Assembly (NCBI GenBank): GCA_038257035.1
Contig: JBBSJT010000080.1
Span: forward strand, 1-10,264
Direction: 5' to 3'
Length of the DNA: 10,264 nucleotides
From: Chlamydiia bacterium
GTDB taxonomy: Bacteria; Chlamydiota; Chlamydiia; Chlamydiales; Parachlamydiaceae
The notes beneath the pieces are model-generated. The model was not told the origin of the DNA and did no database searches. It worked only from the letters and a program-made list of their open reading frames with translations. Both the position numbers and the translations under genes were made by a program. Below, in pieces: positions 7,586-10,264 of the stretch (positions are counted from its first letter, which is position 1; the number at the start of each line of letters is the position of its first letter).

Positions 7586-7722
7586 TTTTACCAGTGAGGC
7601 AGTGAGAAAGACATGAGGACAGTGAGGGGGCTATGAAACCAAGAAGTTTAAATAATTAAAACTTCGGGATTTCATAGTCCCCTCACTGTCCTCATGTCTT
7701 TCTCACTGCCTCACCGGTAAAA
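7586..7722. repeat. 137-bp intergenic palindrome (REPIN/MITE-like) with 64-bp arms
   Basis: 7586-7649 is complementary to 7659-7722 at 59/64 positions around a 9-nt AT-only loop; arms carry CAGTGAG/CATGAG units at 7592, 7600, 7612 and 7620; a third arm copy sits at 11-56. Confidence 0.95.
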
Positions 7723-7773
7723 AAATCGTAAACGTTATTTTTCAAAAATTTTATCTTGGAATAGCATTATTTT

Positions 7774-8232
7774 ATGAAAAAATATTATTTATTATTATGT
7801 TTAATGTATAGCTGTATCGTGGCTCTCCACGGGGAACTGCCTGTCGAAGTTTCGTTCTTTGATTTACCTAAATTGGAACAACATCATGAAAAGGAAATTC
7901 GCATCAGAGGCTTCCTTTACGAGACAATAAATAATGAACTCATACTATCATCAAGACCAAAACTTAAAAGTTGCTGCTTAGATAAATTTCCAAAAATTTA
8001 TGTTCATAATTTTCAAGGTAATTTAGATAAAAAGGTTGTTACAGTCGAAGGGAAACTTTTTGTCTCGAAAGACAATGTAGGGTTGAAGTATGAATTACAA
8101 AATGCACGTATGGCGATAGAAAATAAGAGTCAAACATCTATTCTGCTAATAATTGTGGTGCTAGGCAGTGCAATCGCTCTGATTTTTTACATTTTCAATC
8201 GGTCTACCAAGGAACGTACCGCCAAGGCTTGA
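7774..8232 (+). CDS. Hypothetical exported, C-terminally anchored protein; possible OB-fold (DUF3299-like)
   Basis: 152 aa; N-terminal signal-like segment; KEIRIRGFL...LILS...SCC...IYV...VTVEGKL pattern; C-terminal TM helix ILLIIVVLGSAIALIFYIF. The family assignment is from pattern recall only. Confidence 0.65.
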   Translation: MKKYYLLLCLMYSCIVALHGELPVEVSFFDLPKLEQHHEKEIRIRGFLYETINNELILSSRPKLKSCCLDKFPKIYVHNFQGNLDKKVVTVEGKLFVSKDNVGLKYELQNARMAIENKSQTSILLIIVVLGSAIALIFYIFNRSTKERTAKA

Positions 8233-8964
8233 AAATTTCTTAGGATCGTCGGAAACAAAATAACGATGTACAGAATTTGACTTGCTATTGAGAAGCTCTT
8301 TTTCCAGTAAAATGGATTGCAAATTTTCTGCACAGATGGATGCTGAATCAACAATTGTAATTTCACTACCTAGCTCATCCTGCATCACCTCTTTTAATAA
8401 AGGGTAATGCGTACAACCAAGTAGCACGGTATCAATGGATTGCTCTTTAATTGGTTTTAAATATTCCTTAACGATCATCTTCGTTACAGGATGGTCAAGA
8501 AAATTTTCTTCAACGAGTGGCACAAGCAAAGGGCAGGATATGCTCAAAACAAAACAGCCCGGCATTCGTCTTTCTATCTCTTTCTGATAAGCTCCAGAAT
8601 TAATTGTGCCTCTTGTTCCAAGAACTGCAATGCGCTTATTTTTTGTGACAAGAACCGCTTTTTCAGCTCCCGGGGCAATCACTTCAATCACGGGAATTTG
8701 AAGTCTATTTTTTAATTCATCAAGTGCATGTGCAGACGCTGTGTTGCAGGCTATTACTAAAACCTTAATTTTATGTTTTAATAAAAAAGTCGAATTTTCT
8801 ATCATGTAGCGCACAATGGTTTCAGGGCTTTTCTCCCCGTAAGGCAGTCTTGCAGTATCACCAAAATAAACAATATCTTCATTTGGCAGTAAGGAAACAA
8901 TTTGCTTCATGACCGTTAGGCCACCAACACCCGAATCAAATATGCCAATGGCTTCGTTTTTCAT
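8161..8964 (-). CDS. murI: Glutamate racemase
   Basis: 267 aa; IGIFDSGVGGLTV, DTARLPYG, catalytic ACNTAS and LGCTHYP motifs. Confidence 0.98.
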   Translation of the reverse strand: MKNEAIGIFDSGVGGLTVMKQIVSLLPNEDIVYFGDTARLPYGEKSPETIVRYMIENSTFLLKHKIKVLVIACNTASAHALDELKNRLQIPVIEVIAPGAEKAVLVTKNKRIAVLGTRGTINSGAYQKEIERRMPGCFVLSISCPLLVPLVEENFLDHPVTKMIVKEYLKPIKEQSIDTVLLGCTHYPLLKEVMQDELGSEITIVDSASICAENLQSILLEKELLNSKSNSVHRYFVSDDPKKFSSLGGTFLGRPIENVKNQSDCTA

Positions 8965-8978
8965 AAAAATTATACATC

Positions 8979-9650
8979 TTAAGGGATTTTAATTCTCTGT
9001 CCAACCTTGATGCGGTCTGAATTTAAATCATTTACTTCTTTTAGGGCTTTAATTGAAGTTTTATGTAGTCGAGCAATTTTTTCTAAGCTATCACCTGCCG
9101 ACACAATATAAGAATTGGAAGAAGAATCAAAAGTGGTTAACTCAGGTTTCACTTCTAATACACTCATTAACGATTTGATTGCAGAAGATAGATTTTCAAG
9201 ATTTTGATTTTGAACTTCTATAATTTTTTCAATCGCTACAATTTTTTGCTGACAAGAACTAATCGCACTTGAGGATTCATTAGCGTGTGTTTTTATTTGA
9301 CGTAAATCAGAAATCAACCCTTTGGATGCAGTGTCAAGACTACCGATTTTCATTTCAATATTGGCTAAATTGCTTTTTGTCAAATCCTGGTTTGTTTTTG
9401 ACATATTTGCATTTTGCTCACGCAAAGACTCTATGATCAATTCTTGATTGGCAAATTTTTCTTCATAAGTGCGAATTTCGGTTTCATGATTTTTTATTTC
9501 ATGGCGCATTTCATCTACACTTGCCTGCAATTCCCTAATAGCAATATTATTTTCTTGCCCATACTGATATTTAGGGGGTGCAGCATAAAGAGAGGCAGCC
9601 GACAAGGCGGCTGCTAAATTTAGAATAAGCAATTTTCTTTTCATGAACAC
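8979..9650 (-). CDS. Exported coiled-coil protein with C-terminal LysM peptidoglycan-binding domain
   Basis: Signal peptide (MKRKLLILNLAAALSAASLYA), long heptad-like region, LysM YIVSAGDSLEKIA...GQRIKIP. The true start may be ATG 9644 rather than GTG 9650. Confidence 0.88.
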   Translation of the reverse strand: MFMKRKLLILNLAAALSAASLYAAPPKYQYGQENNIAIRELQASVDEMRHEIKNHETEIRTYEEKFANQELIIESLREQNANMSKTNQDLTKSNLANIEMKIGSLDTASKGLISDLRQIKTHANESSSAISSCQQKIVAIEKIIEVQNQNLENLSSAIKSLMSVLEVKPELTTFDSSSNSYIVSAGDSLEKIARLHKTSIKALKEVNDLNSDRIKVGQRIKIP

Positions 9651-9653
9651 CGT

Positions 9654-10264
9654 TTAGCGTTGATAAACTTTAAATTCAACTCTTCGATTTTTTGCCCAAG
9701 CCTCTTCATGATGATCTAAAACAAGCGGGCGCTCTTTTCCGTAGGAAATTGTAAATATATTGTCAGGGTTCACACCTTCACTAATCAAAAGATTGCGGAT
9801 TGCGTTACTTCTTCTTGATCCTAAAGCAAAATTGTAGCTTTCAGGTCCTTTCTCATCACAATGACCTTCTATGAAGATATACGTGTAAGGATTTTTCTTC
9901 ATATAATCTACAATTTGATAGATGATTCCAAGATTTTCGCTACCTTTTACTAAATTGCTATTATATTCAAAATGAATATTTCTAAAAATGGAAGCTAAGT
10001 AAGGATTTGTGCTTGGATCTTTAAAATATTCAATTCCCGGAATCGTTCCACCGATATCTCCAGGAGACTCTTTTGGTTGTGGAATTCTGCTTTCTGCAAT
10101 TCCAATATCATTTCGGCAATCCTCATCGACAAGAGGTATAAAATCGCATGTTTGCTGATAACCGGAAGGACGGCTGACAGACATAAAATCTTCGCGACAT
10201 CTAACTTGTCTTGAATTTGGATTTTCCTTGCCAAGAATAGCTCTTACACCACGGTTTAAATGAC
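9654..10264 (-). CDS. pal: Peptidoglycan-associated lipoprotein Pal (OmpA-C domain), 5'-truncated by the window edge
   Basis: IHFEYNS, IEGHCDEKGPESYNFALGSRR, TISYGKERP, WAKNRRVEF. The frame stays open upstream of ATG 10184 to the window end (HLNRGVRAILGKENPNSRQVRCREDFM), so the lipoprotein signal is presumably outside the window. Confidence 0.93.
   Translation of the reverse strand, partial: HLNRGVRAILGKENPNSRQVRCREDFMSVSRPSGYQQTCDFIPLVDEDCRNDIGIAESRIPQPKESPGDIGGTIPGIEYFKDPSTNPYLASIFRNIHFEYNSNLVKGSENLGIIYQIVDYMKKNPYTYIFIEGHCDEKGPESYNFALGSRRSNAIRNLLISEGVNPDNIFTISYGKERPLVLDHHEEAWAKNRRVEFKVYQR

Noticed and set aside
7487..7722. SAM riboswitch upstream of metK
   Set aside because: No recognisable SAM-I or SAM-II core motifs; the structure is one long hairpin repeated at an unrelated locus, and a candidate metK promoter lies between it and the gene.
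11..7722. Composite transposon bounded by the repeat copies
   Set aside because: The enclosed genes include housekeeping htpG and metK, there is no transposase, and the 7586-7722 arms already pair with each other.
8491..9617. Plus-strand ORFs 8491-8715 and 9414-9617
   Set aside because: Antisense shadows of murI and the LysM gene.
9995..10234. 79-aa minus-strand ORF, and ATG 10184 as the pal start
   Set aside because: The pal frame is open to the window edge, so no frameshift is needed and the 79-aa ORF is an alternative-frame shadow.

Overview
AT-rich bacterial window, most likely from an environmental member of the Chlamydiae (inferred from the pal-LysM gene order, the long N-terminal extension of Pal and an Inc-like protein). 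Gene content: a VapBC-type toxin-antitoxin pair (AbrB-fold antitoxin plus PIN toxin, minus strand) divergent from a probable htpG - metallophosphoesterase - secreted hypothetical operon; a 564-aa orphan with a bilobed hydrophobic domain and coiled coils; metK; a small exported Cys-Cys protein; and the end of a pal - coiled-coil/LysM - murI envelope cluster. The most unusual signals are non-coding. A 137-bp near-perfect palindrome built from CAGTGAG sub-repeats lies at 7586-7722, and its outer arm recurs 7.6 kb away at 11-56. A second element with a different sequence but a similar design (AAAAGGAC sub-repeats, inverted arms, nested hairpins) lies at 4381-4549. No transposase is present in the window, so the mobility and function of these elements remain inference.
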